Notes: a model not told the origin generated them from the sequence alone. DNA of 64,000 bases from Macrostomum hystrix (GCA_950097015.1 CATNEN010000011.1:6014001-6078000); one strand, 5' to 3'; positions 37,401 to 48,476 are shown, numbered from the stretch's first letter. Translations and numbers: made by a program.

Positions 37401-39194
37401 CAACTGGGAGATCATTGTCAATGTCAACTGGGGGATCATTGTCAACTGGGGGTTTATCATCACCCGGAGGATCATTGTGAACTGGGGGGATCATTGTCAA
37501 CTTGTTGATCATCATCAACTGGGGGATCATTGTCAACTGTGGGAACATTGTCAACTGGGGGAACGTTGTCAACTGGAGATTATCATCAATGGGGAGTCAT
37601 CATTAACTGGGGGATCATTGTCAACTGCGTGATCATCATCAATTGGGGGATTATTGTCAACTCGGGGATCATTGTCAGCTGTGGGAACATTGTCAACTGG
37701 GGATCATCATCAATGGGGAGTCATCATTAACTGGGGGATCATTGTCAACTGCGTGATCATCATCAATTGAGGGATTATTGTCAACTGGGGGATCATAATC
37801 AACTGCGTGATCATCATCAATTGGGGGATTATTGTCAACGGGGGGATCATTGTCAACTGGGGGATCATTGTCAACTGAGGGATTATTGTCAACTGGGGGA
37901 TCTTTATCAACTGGGGGATCATTGTCAACTGATCATTGTAGCGTAAAAAGGCTGAAAATGCAGCTGCTAAAAAGTGTATACTGGACGAAATCAAAATATT
38001 TCTGCTCCCCTTCGGGGGGCAAAACTTGCTAGTAACATTATAAAATTGGATAATTTATGGCGAGCTCACAATCGTCCCATAGCGGAAACACCACTGGCGG
38101 TTTCATGACGTTACTCGGCGGTGGTCGAGCTGTGGCCTCCAGTTCAAACCTCCTCGAGGTGTGCAGCCTGTTCTCAGCTATTCGGTACACCTACGTGGCG
38201 GTGAGTGTGTTCCTGGTGCTTTGGCACACACTGACCATCTGCCAGCGAGTCCGGATCAAGCTGCGGATGCGGCGTCACGGGCAGCTGGTGTATAAACGAT
38301 TCCTGAACTCCGTGGAAACCGGATGGATGGACCAGGACTGGCTGTCCTACCTCTGCCGTTTCTGTCTCATACTATTCTCAGTGATTCTGTGCTCAGTTCG
38401 AATCTCGAGCCTGCCGTGTCCGCAGAGTCCTCTGTACTTCTACCTAATTCACTATAGAAGCATTCTCAACAGGGTGAGTTTTGGAGCACTGATGAGAGAC
38501 ATAAACTACGAGTACTCATACTTTGCCCGCTAAAAGCCTAAGAGCGTGTTCTGTCTCGCTCTAATATTTTCAGGACCATATCACAAACATCTTCCTAATC
38601 CTACGCGTAATTTTCCACCTGTGCTACCTGTTTCTGCACATCCTGCTGGTCTATTACCTGGAGATGATACCGCACCTTGGTCCGGTGGTCCACGCTTTCC
38701 GCTGCATGTTCTCCCGGTTCCTGTCTTTCGCGGCCATCTACCTGGTTGTGCTGTGGGTCTTCTCGAGCATCTTCTTTTCCGTCAGCTTCGCCTCGGTGCA
38801 CACGCATCAGGACAGGGAGAAGCTGGAGAGCCTGAGCACCTACTACACACAGCACCTGCGCCAGGTGTACTATGCCTTCACGGTCAGCCTGAACATGGAG
38901 AAGCCGTCAGAACTGGTGACCAAGCGGGATCAGATTGGCATCTCGGAGGCCAGCGTCGTCCACCTCATCTTCGTTCTGGTGTTCGCCGTTCTTGTGCTGA
39001 ACTTCATCATCGCGCTACTGGTCAGCGCAATGAACGAAGTCAACGAGTACAGGGACATCTTCTACAGGATCCGCACCACACGCATGTTTCTGCAGATTGA
39101 CGCCGTCTGGTACCCGGTGCTAGCCAAGCTGTCCGACATCACGGGCTGGAAACTGACGGGTCAGGACACTTACACGACTGTCACCCCGGTGTAA
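28495..39194 (+). CDS. TRPV-like ankyrin + 6TM cation channel, about 740-750 aa
   Basis: Exons 28495/28525-29417, 29504-29821, 38083-38473 and 38574-39194 splice in frame. Ankyrin-like repeats (EDLGGFRPVELAIKLR), pre-S1 (VVKYLISQLW), S4-S5 (YYLEMIPHLGPVVHAF), S6 (LNFIIALLVSAMNEV) and a TRP-helix-like segment (YRDIFYRIRTTRMFLQID). Confidence 0.8.
29935..30290 (-). mobile_element. tRNA-derived SINE, family A, near full length
   Basis: Reverse complement begins tggcagagcggttaactcg...gagttcgattccgcggcgagg; same body as the other copies. Confidence 0.8.
30880..33852. repeat. 23-bp satellite (gaatcatggctaaaccagagtct) with higher-order duplication
   Basis: More than 110 monomers, interrupted twice by a copy of the roughly 100-bp flank (at 31201 and 32063). 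Confidence 0.97.
34006..35480. repeat. 18-bp satellite (tgggggatcattgtcaac)
   Basis: About 80 monomers; explains the LGDHCQ/IVNWGI pseudo-ORFs. Confidence 0.97.
36196..36975. repeat. 23-bp satellite, second array
   Basis: Same monomer as 30880-33852, about 34 copies. Confidence 0.95.
36976..37935. repeat. 18-bp satellite, second and more degenerate array
   Basis: Same monomer as 34006-35480 with more substitutions and indels. Confidence 0.92.
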
Positions 39195-40049
39195 TGAGGC
39201 CTCACCACCTGATTGCTGCTAAACCCGAGAGAAATACAAAAGATAGGAGCTTTTGACTCGTACACTACTGGTTTGCACCTGCTTAAACGATGTTGAATTT
39301 TCTGAAATTAGCTCCGATGGTGACAATGTTTGCCTTGAATTCGGTATTTGAGCCAGTTTATAAATTTCTGTAAATTGCTTGAGAGCTTGTTAATATTCAA
39401 TGATATATTTATTTGTTTAAAACAACCCTTAAAATCCGAAACCAAAGTGCTTGTCCACTGCTGGATGTCTCGGAGTGCGTCAAAGATAGAACTTTCATGC
39501 AGTGGTTGCATGTCAACCGCTACCCTGCAGAAAAAAACTATAGAGGAAACTATAGAGAACTAACTACACAAAAAATATTTGTGTAAAAAATTGGACCAAA
39601 TAAAAAGAGAATAAAATGCGGAGTGGGTGGCGATGGACCTACCTGAAGTCAGTGAAAGACAAAACAACAAAGGCTGTCCACTTCAAACTTCCCCAAACCT
39701 GCACCAAACCCGCGCTGCATTTCCCCAAGCGATGGGAGTGCCAGACAATCAGCTAGCCCTCTGTGACAAATCGCATAAAATTGATGCAGTTTGTTAAGCT
39801 GAGTGGGAGAAGCAGAAAAGCAAGTGTTGGGGGGCCGGGGGCAAAACGGAGTCGCTCTTGGTATTTGGACTGCGGAGAGAGTTAGGCAAGCAAAGCGAAA
39901 TTACAATTGATGTTCTCATGTTTACCTGACTTGAGGCAGGCTATTTTGGGGTGCTGCGCTTGGTCTATAAAACCTGGTCATTCTTCACATCTCCTCGCTT
40001 CTGCCTTGCCCCCTCTGCGCGTGTCTCACGACTCTCCCGCACTCGCACA

Positions 40050-41051
40050 ATGACTAACACTAGCCGGCTTCCAGTGCTGGGCGCCGTCATCGCACTGCTG
40101 CTCAGAGCTGAAGTCTGCTGTGCAAGCAGCAGCAGCAGCAGTTTTGACTCCCTGGCAATGTGCCCCACAACCGCAGCGGACTGGTCCGTTCTCGGAGCCC
40201 CCGTGACCAGTGTCACCCAGCCCAACGCGTGCATTGTGGAGTGCGCGCTTCGGCCCAACTGCACGGCTGTGCACTACAACCAGACGGCCCGCAGCTGCTG
40301 GCCGGCCCACAGCTCTGAGTGGCAGGACCGCTGGCAGAGCGCTGCCTCAGCGGACTGTCTGGCATTCATCAAGCGACCCAATCCCGCTGAGCAGCTGCCC
40401 GCTTCCCTGCTGTCCGGCCTCGCCCTGTGGTACAACTTCCGCTACTCGCTCAGCAATCTGGCTGGTAACGCCAGTAGTCAGCACATTGCGGCTAGCCTGC
40501 AGTTGGGCGCCATCAGAAACAGCTCGGGAGTTGTGCTCAACTCCAGCTCCGAGTCGCACGCAGCCCTGACCATACCTGGCGGCGGCTTCGAGTCTTTATT
40601 CTCTTCCGGCGGTCGCTTCTCCGTCTACATGAAGGTCGATCGTCGGCCACGCGCCCAGGAGGTGAGCTACTTGCAGTCGGTGGAGTCGGGCAAGTCAGTC
40701 ACCTTCCTGACCGAGAGCGTGGACGGCCGGTTCACGGTAGGCTGTCGAGTCTACGTTAATCAGAAGCAGACAACTGTGCAGCCGGTGCTGATCAGCCCAG
40801 TGGCTGCTGGCCCGATATCCGTGGGCTTCAGCTACGATGGCAGCGTATTTCGATTCTTCAACAATGCCAGCCTGTACGGCACGAGCAGCAACAGCAATGT
40901 CCCGGCTGCCAGCGCCGGCACCGAGGTTCGCATTGGAGGACGCCTCAGCGACTCCGGCGCCACCCTCGACGGCCGGGTGCTGTGCTTCGGCCTGGCGACC
41001 AGGGCGCTCAGCGTGGCCGAGTTCTCAGCACTGGAGTATGCCTGCACCTGA
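40050..41051 (+). CDS. Secreted PAN/Apple + LamG/concanavalin-A-like domain protein, intronless
   Basis: ATG at 40050 downstream of tataaaa (39966). Signal peptide LPVLGAVIALLLRAEVCCA; PAN motif ACIVECALRPNCTAVHY...SCW; LamG-like VGFSYDGSVFRFFNN...IGGR...LDGRV...RALSVAEF. Confidence 0.8.
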   Translation: MTNTSRLPVLGAVIALLLRAEVCCASSSSSSFDSLAMCPTTAADWSVLGAPVTSVTQPNACIVECALRPNCTAVHYNQTARSCWPAHSSEWQDRWQSAASADCLAFIKRPNPAEQLPASLLSGLALWYNFRYSLSNLAGNASSQHIAASLQLGAIRNSSGVVLNSSSESHAALTIPGGGFESLFSSGGRFSVYMKVDRRPRAQEVSYLQSVESGKSVTFLTESVDGRFTVGCRVYVNQKQTTVQPVLISPVAAGPISVGFSYDGSVFRFFNNASLYGTSSNSNVPAASAGTEVRIGGRLSDSGATLDGRVLCFGLATRALSVAEFSALEYACT

Positions 41052-42200
41052 GCAGTGGAGAGCTAGCCTAATTTGAGTCCTTTCGAAAGACTTCTTTTGC
41101 TGGAAGTACTTTTATAGAAGTGCTAGAAGTTTTTTTTTCATAGACTTCGATATTCTATATTTATAAATAAGCTAATCGACAATGCAATAAATTTGTTAAA
41201 ATATACACTGCCTTTGTTCAAAGTAGCTTTCTGATGTCTACTCTGGTGTGTTTGTTGTGGCGATGAAAAAGAGAAGCAGATCAGGGTGTCAGTTTGGAAG
41301 GAGTGTCGAGTGTCAGTGGGAGAGAGTCTAAGTGGGAGAGAGTCTCAGTGGCAGAGAGCTTCAGTGAGAGAGAGTGTGACTGCCTACATGGAAGAGTGAA
41401 TGTACAGGATAAGTAGGATTAAGATATTCCGCCCTTAAAAGGGCCGTTTTAACTTTTTTCCGTTTAGTCTGCTTTAATGCTTTTCCTGACAACGCTACTA
41501 AAAGTAGACTTGTAAGTATCCTGTGAGTAATTTTTTTAACAAATTAACTGGCTGAAAGCCGCTGAACTGAACTGTTGAACATTGGATGGAGAATAAGTGG
41601 CGTGTAGACGGCGGAAGGTGGGAAATATTTAGAAGCATTTTCTTCAACTAGGATGAACTATTCTACTATCTGATCTACTGCTATTCCGAAGAGCAGAGAC
41701 TCGGCAGTGTGGGATGGAAGGTGAATATGAATATTAGTTGTCGTTTAAAAGTTTTACTCCATTGATTTGTTTAGATTTGTTCATCTGATTTTTCTTACAG
41801 CTCTACTGTGAGTAGACGTCTATGTACATGCTGCTGTGATACACAAACATTTTTATTAATGAATTCATCATTTGTTGAAGGAATTTATAGTTAGGCCGAT
41901 CGTTGCAAAAATTGCATAATTAAATTTTTGGGAATTTGCAGGACAATGCCACTAAACAACATACAACTAACAAAGAATTTGATTTCAAAAGCCTGTCTAG
42001 TTTCGTATGGGAATAGTCATATTTGCAATAGAAGCAAGTTTTTCTGTTAAGAAATCTGTCCGAAGATTTTTTGAAACATAGTCTTCAAAATTTTGGATAG
42101 GCCTGGGAAAGTGCAAGATGTTAGGAAAAGCCAGAAAGAAGAGTCTAATCATTCGACTCCATCCAGTCTAAGTTTATGCTATGCTTATGCTAAATCTAAA

Positions 42201-42344
42201 GAAATTTCTAGAATTCTACGATCACGTCATCTACTTATAGTAGAAATACGAACATTTCACTTGCTAAATTTGGAAACTGAGGAGTTTCTAGAAATTTCTG
42301 GAATGCCTGAAATTCCAGAAGCTTCCTCAGCGCAGTCTATATAA
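42201..42344 (+). promoter_or_regulatory. Heat-shock elements and TATA box of the sHSP gene
   Basis: Inverted nGAAn arrays at 42201-42213 (3 units), 42286-42303 (4 units) and 42313-42325 (3 units); TATATAA at 42338-42344. Confidence 0.85.
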
Positions 42345-42456
42345 GCGAGGCAGCTGCCCTAGTCAACAGTCAGGACTCAAGCAAGAGAGCAAACCCAAGC
42401 TGAGCATAGCAACTGCCAAGCGAATAGCCGCGACTTTCAAAGCAAACTCGAGAAGC

Positions 42457-43254
42457 ATGTCTCTGTGGATCGCACCGAGCACTGCTTACACCCATTCGCT
42501 GCCGCTTGTGGCTGCATTGAGCGAGCTGGACGACTGGCTGACGCCGGAGTACGATGCGCTGGTGCAGCTGCTGCGCCACAGGGGTCCGAGGAGGCCGCGC
42601 CAGTGGAGCCGCACTGTGGACCTTCGCGGCTTCTCGCCGAAAGACGTGTCGGTGAAGCGAGAGGAGCGGAAAGTGCGAGTGGTGGCCCGGCTGGAGAATG
42701 GCGAGGACGTGACGGAGGTGAAGCGGACGGTGGACCTGCCGGAGGAGGTGGACGCTGAGAAGCTGAACAGCGGCTTCACCCGAGACGGCATGCTTGTGCT
42801 GCGGGCGCCGTTCAAGGAGCAGCAGGTGCAGCAGCAGCAGCAGCAGGGAGGGTCGGTGTGGGACGAGCTTCGCAACCTGCTGCGGGGCGACTTGCAGTCG
42901 GACGGCTCCGGCCAGGTGGTGCAGGCGGAGGATGGCAGCAAGCGGTTCAAGGCCGAGCTGTCGGTGCGCGAGTTCCATCCGAGCGAGATTCGCGTACGTC
43001 AGCAGGGCGACTGCGTGCTGGTGGAGGCGGAGCACAAGCAGGAGGCCGGCGGTCAGCGGCTGCACAAGCGGCTGGAGCGAATCTTCCAGCTGCCTCAGGG
43101 CACCAAGATGGACCAGTTGGTGAGCAAGCTCAGTCCCGATGGCCGGCTCTGCATCGAGGCGCCGTTCGAGGCGCCACCGGCTCCGGAGAAGCCGCAGCTC
43201 AAGGACGTACCCATGGAGATGGAGAAGCCAGTTGAGGAGGCCAAGCAGAGCTGA
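42457..43254 (+). CDS. Small heat-shock protein with two alpha-crystallin domains (flatworm p40/Tsp36-like)
   Basis: 265-aa intronless ORF with two HSP20 domains (VDLRGFSPKDVSVK...LPEEVD...DGMLVLRAP and VREFHPSEIRV...FQLPQG...DGRLCIEAP) joined by a Q-rich linker. Confidence 0.93.
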   Translation: MSLWIAPSTAYTHSLPLVAALSELDDWLTPEYDALVQLLRHRGPRRPRQWSRTVDLRGFSPKDVSVKREERKVRVVARLENGEDVTEVKRTVDLPEEVDAEKLNSGFTRDGMLVLRAPFKEQQVQQQQQQGGSVWDELRNLLRGDLQSDGSGQVVQAEDGSKRFKAELSVREFHPSEIRVRQQGDCVLVEAEHKQEAGGQRLHKRLERIFQLPQGTKMDQLVSKLSPDGRLCIEAPFEAPPAPEKPQLKDVPMEMEKPVEEAKQS

Positions 43255-43611
43255 GCAGACTTTTGATCACAAACCTCTGCACTAATAGTTGCTTCTGCGT
43301 TGATTGTTTCACATTTCCCAGCTTTTCTTCCTCATTTTCACTGGCTTTGTCTCATGCGCTCTACTCAGTAGTAGTATATCAGCGTGTGCGTTTTCTCTAG
43401 TTCGTGCTAGTACTGCGTTTTCAACATTGCTTATCCCAGTGATCTAGCTCATCTACGTAGCAACATATGCAGTTTTTCATCACGCAATAAAGCCGTTTTA
43501 TCCACTTGCGTCAACGTTTTACGCATTTTTACAATACCAGCTAAATTTTGGACTCGAATCTGCAATTGTTTACTGTCGAAATTTCAAGACAACCTACAAT
43601 TACAGGCGCGG

Positions 43612-44332
43612 GTGGGTTAGAGATGGCTCAGGGTGTTAGAGATGGCTGGGGTGTTCTAGAGATGGCTGAGGGTGTTAGATTGACTGACGGTGTGTTAGAG
43701 ATGGCTGAGGGTGTTATAAGTGACTGACGGTGTGTCAGAGATGGCTGAGGGTGTTAGAGGTGACTGACGGTGTTTTAGAGATGGCTCAGGGTGTTAGATA
43801 TACTTTTGGGTGTTAAAGATGTTTGAAATGGCTTAGGGTGTTAGAGGTGATTGATGGTGTGTTAGAGGTGACTGATGGTGTGTTAGAGGTGACTGATGGT
43901 GTGTTAGAGGTGACTGATGGTGTGTTAGAGGTGACTGATGGTGTGTTAGAGATGGCTGAGGGTGTGTTAGAGGTGACTGATGGTGTGCTAGAGGTGACTG
44001 ATGGTGTGTTAGAGGTGACTGATGGTGTGTTAGAGATGGCTGAGGGTGTGTTAGAGGTGACTGATGGTGTGCTAGAGGTGACTGATGGTGTGCTAGAGGT
44101 GACTGATGGTGTGTTAGAGGTGACTGATGGTGTGTTAGAGATGGCTGAGGGTGTGTTAGAGGTGACTGATGGTGTGTTAGAGGTGACTGATGGTGTGTTA
44201 GAGATGGCTGAGTGTGTGTTAGAGGTGACTGATGGTGTGTTAGAGGTGACTGATGGTGTGTTAGAGGTGACTGATGGTGTGTTAGAGGTGACTGATGGTG
44301 TGTTAGAGATGGCTGAGGGTGTTAAGAGGGCA
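43612..44332. repeat. 21-bp minisatellite (gtgttagaggtgactgatggt)
   Basis: About 33 units between the convergent sHSP and CHORDC1 genes. Confidence 0.93.
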
Positions 44333-44719
44333 TATTGACAAAACATTGTCGCTGCAATGCTATTAAAATAAAGAACACTTTTGTAACAAGTAGTATGTTC
44401 TGCGTATTACAATATAAATTATGAAAAAACTGTCTTTAAAAGCTTGAATCGCATCAACATGCCACATGTATAATAATTTCTAGGCTTTCCAGCTAATCTT
44501 CTGTTCGACTTGAATTATCGTGAGTAGTATCGAGTAGTAGCATGCGCGCATTCTGTGAGATATTTGCCTAGAGAAGATTGCAATAAAGCTGAAATCCAGT
44601 TCGAAGTATTTGCTAGTCAACTAACAGTAAAATGATATAGATAGCTTGTCAGTATTGCCTGAAATAGTACTGCATTCAAATCACAAGCGCACTGATGTTG
44701 TAGGTAATATAGCATGAAA

Positions 44720-45050
44720 CAGTAACTCCCCCCTTCTATCCCTTCATTTCCCTACATCTATTCCTTCATCTCATTCTCACTATATCTATCCCATCACTCC
44801 CTAAATTTATCCCTTCATCTCCCAACATCTATCCTATTATCTCCTACATCTATCCTATCACTCCCTACATCTATCCCATCACTCCCTACATCTATCCCAT
44901 CATCTCCCTACATCTATCCCATCACTCCCTACATCTATCCTTTATCTCCTACATCTATCCTTTATCTCCTACATCTATCCCATCACTCCCTACATATATC
45001 CTATCATCTCCCAATATCTATCCTTTATCTGCTACATCTATCCCTTGATC
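44720..45050. repeat. Degenerate C-rich minisatellite of about 21 bp (ccctacatctatcccatcact)
   Basis: About 14 units downstream of the CHORDC1 stop. Confidence 0.8.
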
Positions 45051-45218
45051 TAGCTTGGCCATGATCCTAAATCTCAAAGATATTGGTTTGCATTTTAGAC
45101 CACGAAAGTGCAGTGAGAAACACAGTTGTATCATAGTTAAAATTGTTACATCTAAAATAGACATTGTCGTAACACTATTAAAAAACCTGTCATAAAATAT
45201 CTTCGCATTCAGTGCAGG

Positions 45219-47230
45219 TCAGACGAGCTCAAGCGATGGCCAATTGGCGGCGTTGGTCTTCTTGAGCAGAATCTCCACTTTTGTGGGACGAATGTTCACA
45301 AACGACTGAGATGGGTCGATTTTCTGCAATGCGGAATCAGGAAATCACTGTGCAAATCTCACCTGTTACTGTCATATGATCTCCTTAGATATAGTAGTAG
45401 TATCTACTTACTACTCTTAAAACTACCCTTAAAACTCTCATTGTCTTCTCAAAATTCCTCTGTATTTTTTTATCCCCTTAGAAATCCTATATGTACTCTC
45501 ATTGTCTACTCGGAAATCTCACCTGTAAATCTCACCTCTCATTGTCCACTCGGAAATCACATGTATACACTCACTGCCTCCTTAGAAAACCCATGTGTAC
45601 ACTCACTGCCTCCTCAGATATCACATGTGTACACTCACTGCCTCCTCAGAAATCACATGTGTACACTCACTGCCTCCTCAGATATCACATGTGTACACTC
45701 ACTGCCTCCTCAGATATCACATGTGTACACTCACTGCCTCCTCAGAAATCACATGTGTACACTCACTGCCTCCTCAGATATCACATCTGTACACTCACTG
45801 CCTCCTCAGAAATCACATGTGTACACTCACTGCCTCCTCAGATATCACATGTGTACACTCACTGCCTCCTCAGATATCACATGTGTACACTCACTGCCTC
45901 CTCAGATATCACATGTGTACACTCACTGCCTCCTCAGAAATCACATGTGTACACTCACTGCCTCCGTAGAAAACCCATGTGTACACTCACTGCCTGCTCA
46001 GAAATCTCACCTGTACTCTCATCATTACCTTTAAAACCTTATCACAGCTCCATAAACAGAACTCCAGCCAGATCCCGAAGCCTACCTATCCCCATGACTC
46101 ACATCGTAAAGCACAAAGTCTCGCTGAAACTGACTTTGTCCAGCAGCGAACAGCAGTTTAACGGAGCAGCACACACGATTGGCTTCCACAGTGCAGTCCT
46201 CCGGTACGCACAATTTGGCGAACACATCGAGCGTGATGTAGCCCGCCTTGCCTTGGTGATGGTCGCAGCGACAGCTCGCCGCTGAGGGACCACCGTTCTC
46301 ATCTCTGGCAGCGTCCGCCTGCTTAGTCCAGCGGTGCTTGCCCTGCTCGCAGCCCTCCTGAGCCATGAAGTTGTCGAATTCCGTCGTCTTCCTCTGACAG
46401 CAACTCCAGTACTTCATGCCCTCGTGAAACACCGGCCCACCTGGATGATAATAGCACACCTGACGATCGGCCTGCGGACCCGTGAAGGTGGCCCGACAGC
46501 CGGAGTTCTTGCAGGCGGTGCCCATGGCAACTCCGCCAAACTCGCTGTCCCGATCGCCAGATTTGTTGGCTGCATTGGAGGCTGCCTTCTCCGCCTCGGC
46601 TTTGAGTCGCTCAGTGGTTTTGTCCAACTCAGCGAGTAACCGAGAATCAACCTTACTTATTAAAAGGTAGGTTTCTTCTTTCAGGTATGGGAACCTTCAG
46701 GTATGGGAACCTTCAGGTATGGGAACCTTCAGGTATGGGAACCTTCAGGTATGGGAACCTTCAGGTATGGGAACCTTCAGGTATGGGAACCTTCAGGTAT
46801 GGAAACCTTCAGGCATGGAAACCTTCAGGCATGGAAACCTTCAGGCATGGAAACCTTCAGGCATGGAAACCTTCAGGTATAATATTTTTACCTGCTTATT
46901 AAGGGCCACTTTCTCTTCATCCACCGGTGGTCGAATCGCGGGCTCAGATGATACGCTGACTGGTTTTCTGACCAGCACTGGCTCATTGTAGATCTCGGCA
47001 GATTTCTCCTGCTTAGGCTGAGGCGGCGGTTTCACGGGATTGTGGGGACCCTTGGCACAGCCGCGGATCTGCAGGAAGGTGGTGAAGTCCACAGAGCTCT
47101 TGTTGCAGCAGGACCATTTCTTGCCGCCATCGTGAAACACCGGGGCGCCTGGATGGAACAGGCAGGAGGTGTCAGTGTTGTTGGCCGGGTCAAATTGCTT
47201 GTCGCAGCCTTTGTTGTAACAGTTGAGCAT
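45219..47230 (-). CDS. CHORDC1: CHORD domain-containing protein 1 (Hsp90 co-chaperone), about 330 aa
   Basis: Exons 47230-46892, 46651-46103 and 45323-45219 in frame. Two CHORD domains (CYNKGC...CLFHPGAPVFHDGGKKWSCC...GC..GPH and CKNSGC...CYYHPGGPVFHEGMKYWSCC) and a CS domain (KIDPSQSFVNIRPTKVEILLKK). Confidence 0.95.
45540..46020. repeat. 30-bp minisatellite in CHORDC1 intron 2 (tgtacactcactgcctcctcagatatcaca)
   Basis: About 15 units; explains the Cys/His-rich pseudo-ORFs 45441-46285. Confidence 0.93.
46682..46879. repeat. 16-bp minisatellite in CHORDC1 intron 1 (gtatgg(g/a)aaccttcag)
   Basis: About 12 units. Confidence 0.93.
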
Positions 47231-48476
47231 TGTTTATTTTCGGTTTGGTGATTGTTTTCAGCTGAAAGTTTTTGTTTACGAAACAGAATTTTTGACTAAT
47301 TTTGGTATTTTAAAAAGTGGAAGAAATGTATTCGTGTTTCTAATGTAGACGTTGAAATTGAATGGAAACCTGGTTTCAGAAATCTAAGAAGTGATCTTCT
47401 TCAAAAAAATTACTTACAGTACTCAGTTTATTCAGTTTGAAAATTAAATGCTTTGCAAAACAGAGACTTATAATCAAGAGCTGTGAAACAGAAAATTTTA
47501 AAACCATACACGATTGCAGTTTTCATTGTCAGTTACTTTTTGTTGCAGAAAAAACGACAAAACGAAATCAAAGGATTGGGGAGGGAAATCCTAAATGAAA
47601 TCCTGAAAATTAGAATTAGATTATGAGGAAAGAAATCCCAAATATAGGATTTAGTTGCTTACACTAAATCCAGACGTTTAAAATCAAATGATTTAGGGAA
47701 GAATATATAATTGAGGATCTGATGATGGCGGCTTAAAACAGGTTAAAATAACAAGATAAGGGATTTGAATATTAAAAATCCCACTACAATTTAGAAGGGT
47801 TTATCTGTCTTATATAAAAAAGGAATTGTATGATAGACAGGTTTAAAAGTAGAACTACCGAGGGGGGATTTCCGTGACAATTTTTGGCTGCACCCGAACG
47901 GAGCAACGCAAGCTCACGAAACTCAAGAACACGGGCCAACTTTTTGTTGCGCATCTTCTTAAACAAGAAATAAATCACCAGCTCTTTAGAACTTCGAGAT
48001 ATTCAATGGTTCTGGCCGAAGGTCTGATTTTTCCTATAAGCGCCAGTGTATTTCATACACCCCTATACACGAATTAGCACTGCGCCTCCGTGAGGACTTG
48101 CCAGGCCTTCAAAATTGATCAGCATGTCACCCGAATGTGCCTGCATCATCTCCGTCTTCGGTGGTCACCTATCTTTATCTAGACGGACTGCTGGACCTTC
48201 AAGGGCTACAACAGGCAGAACTAGGCCACTATGGCCACCCTGACGTGAATTTATGCAATGTCACCGATCAAGCCTAAGTATTAGGCGCAGCTCAACCACA
48301 AGACGCTATCGCCTAGTCTGTCAACTAATCAGTCACCACCCAACGCTGCTAGCAGTCAGGCGCTGCCAATTTTTTTCTTTTAATTTTCGTTTTCATGGGT
48401 ATAAAAACGGGCGGCAAAATGGCTTGGTAGTCCTACTGTTAAAATGACAAGGCAATCCTTCCCAATGCAACCCCAG

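Larger units (their letters stand above)
35581..38032 (+). mobile_element. Non-autonomous Helitron-like element 2, head-to-tail with element 1
   Basis: 5' TCCACTATACTAAAAATG with an arm of about 600 bp nearly identical to 30297-30890; 3' hairpin gctcccc-ttc-ggggggc followed by CTAG|t at 38029-38033. Confidence 0.75.

Noticed and set aside
34056-37994. Long ORFs of (LGDHCQ)n, (IVNWGI)n and (MIPQLT)n resembling left-handed beta-helix hexapeptide repeats
   Set aside because: They are translations of an 18-bp satellite inside an intron; frames switch at random indels and there are no unique flanking domains.
42370-43235. Overlapping antisense and alternative-frame ORFs over the sHSP (and similar ones over H4, TRPV-like and PAN genes)
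   Set aside because: These are shadows of GC-rich coding sequence with no independent motifs.
43813-44346. Mucin-like (SNTPSVT)n and (VLEVTDG)n ORFs on both strands
   Set aside because: A 21-bp unit without stops is open by construction; no signal peptide, splice context or promoter was seen.
45441-46285. Cys/His-rich ORFs that look like zinc-finger repeats
   Set aside because: They are a 30-bp minisatellite antisense within CHORDC1 intron 2.
47860-47910. Sm-site-like aatttttgg suggesting an snRNA or SL RNA
   Set aside because: No recognisable U1, U2, U4, U5 or SL sequence or 5' donor around it; the motif is common in AT-rich DNA.
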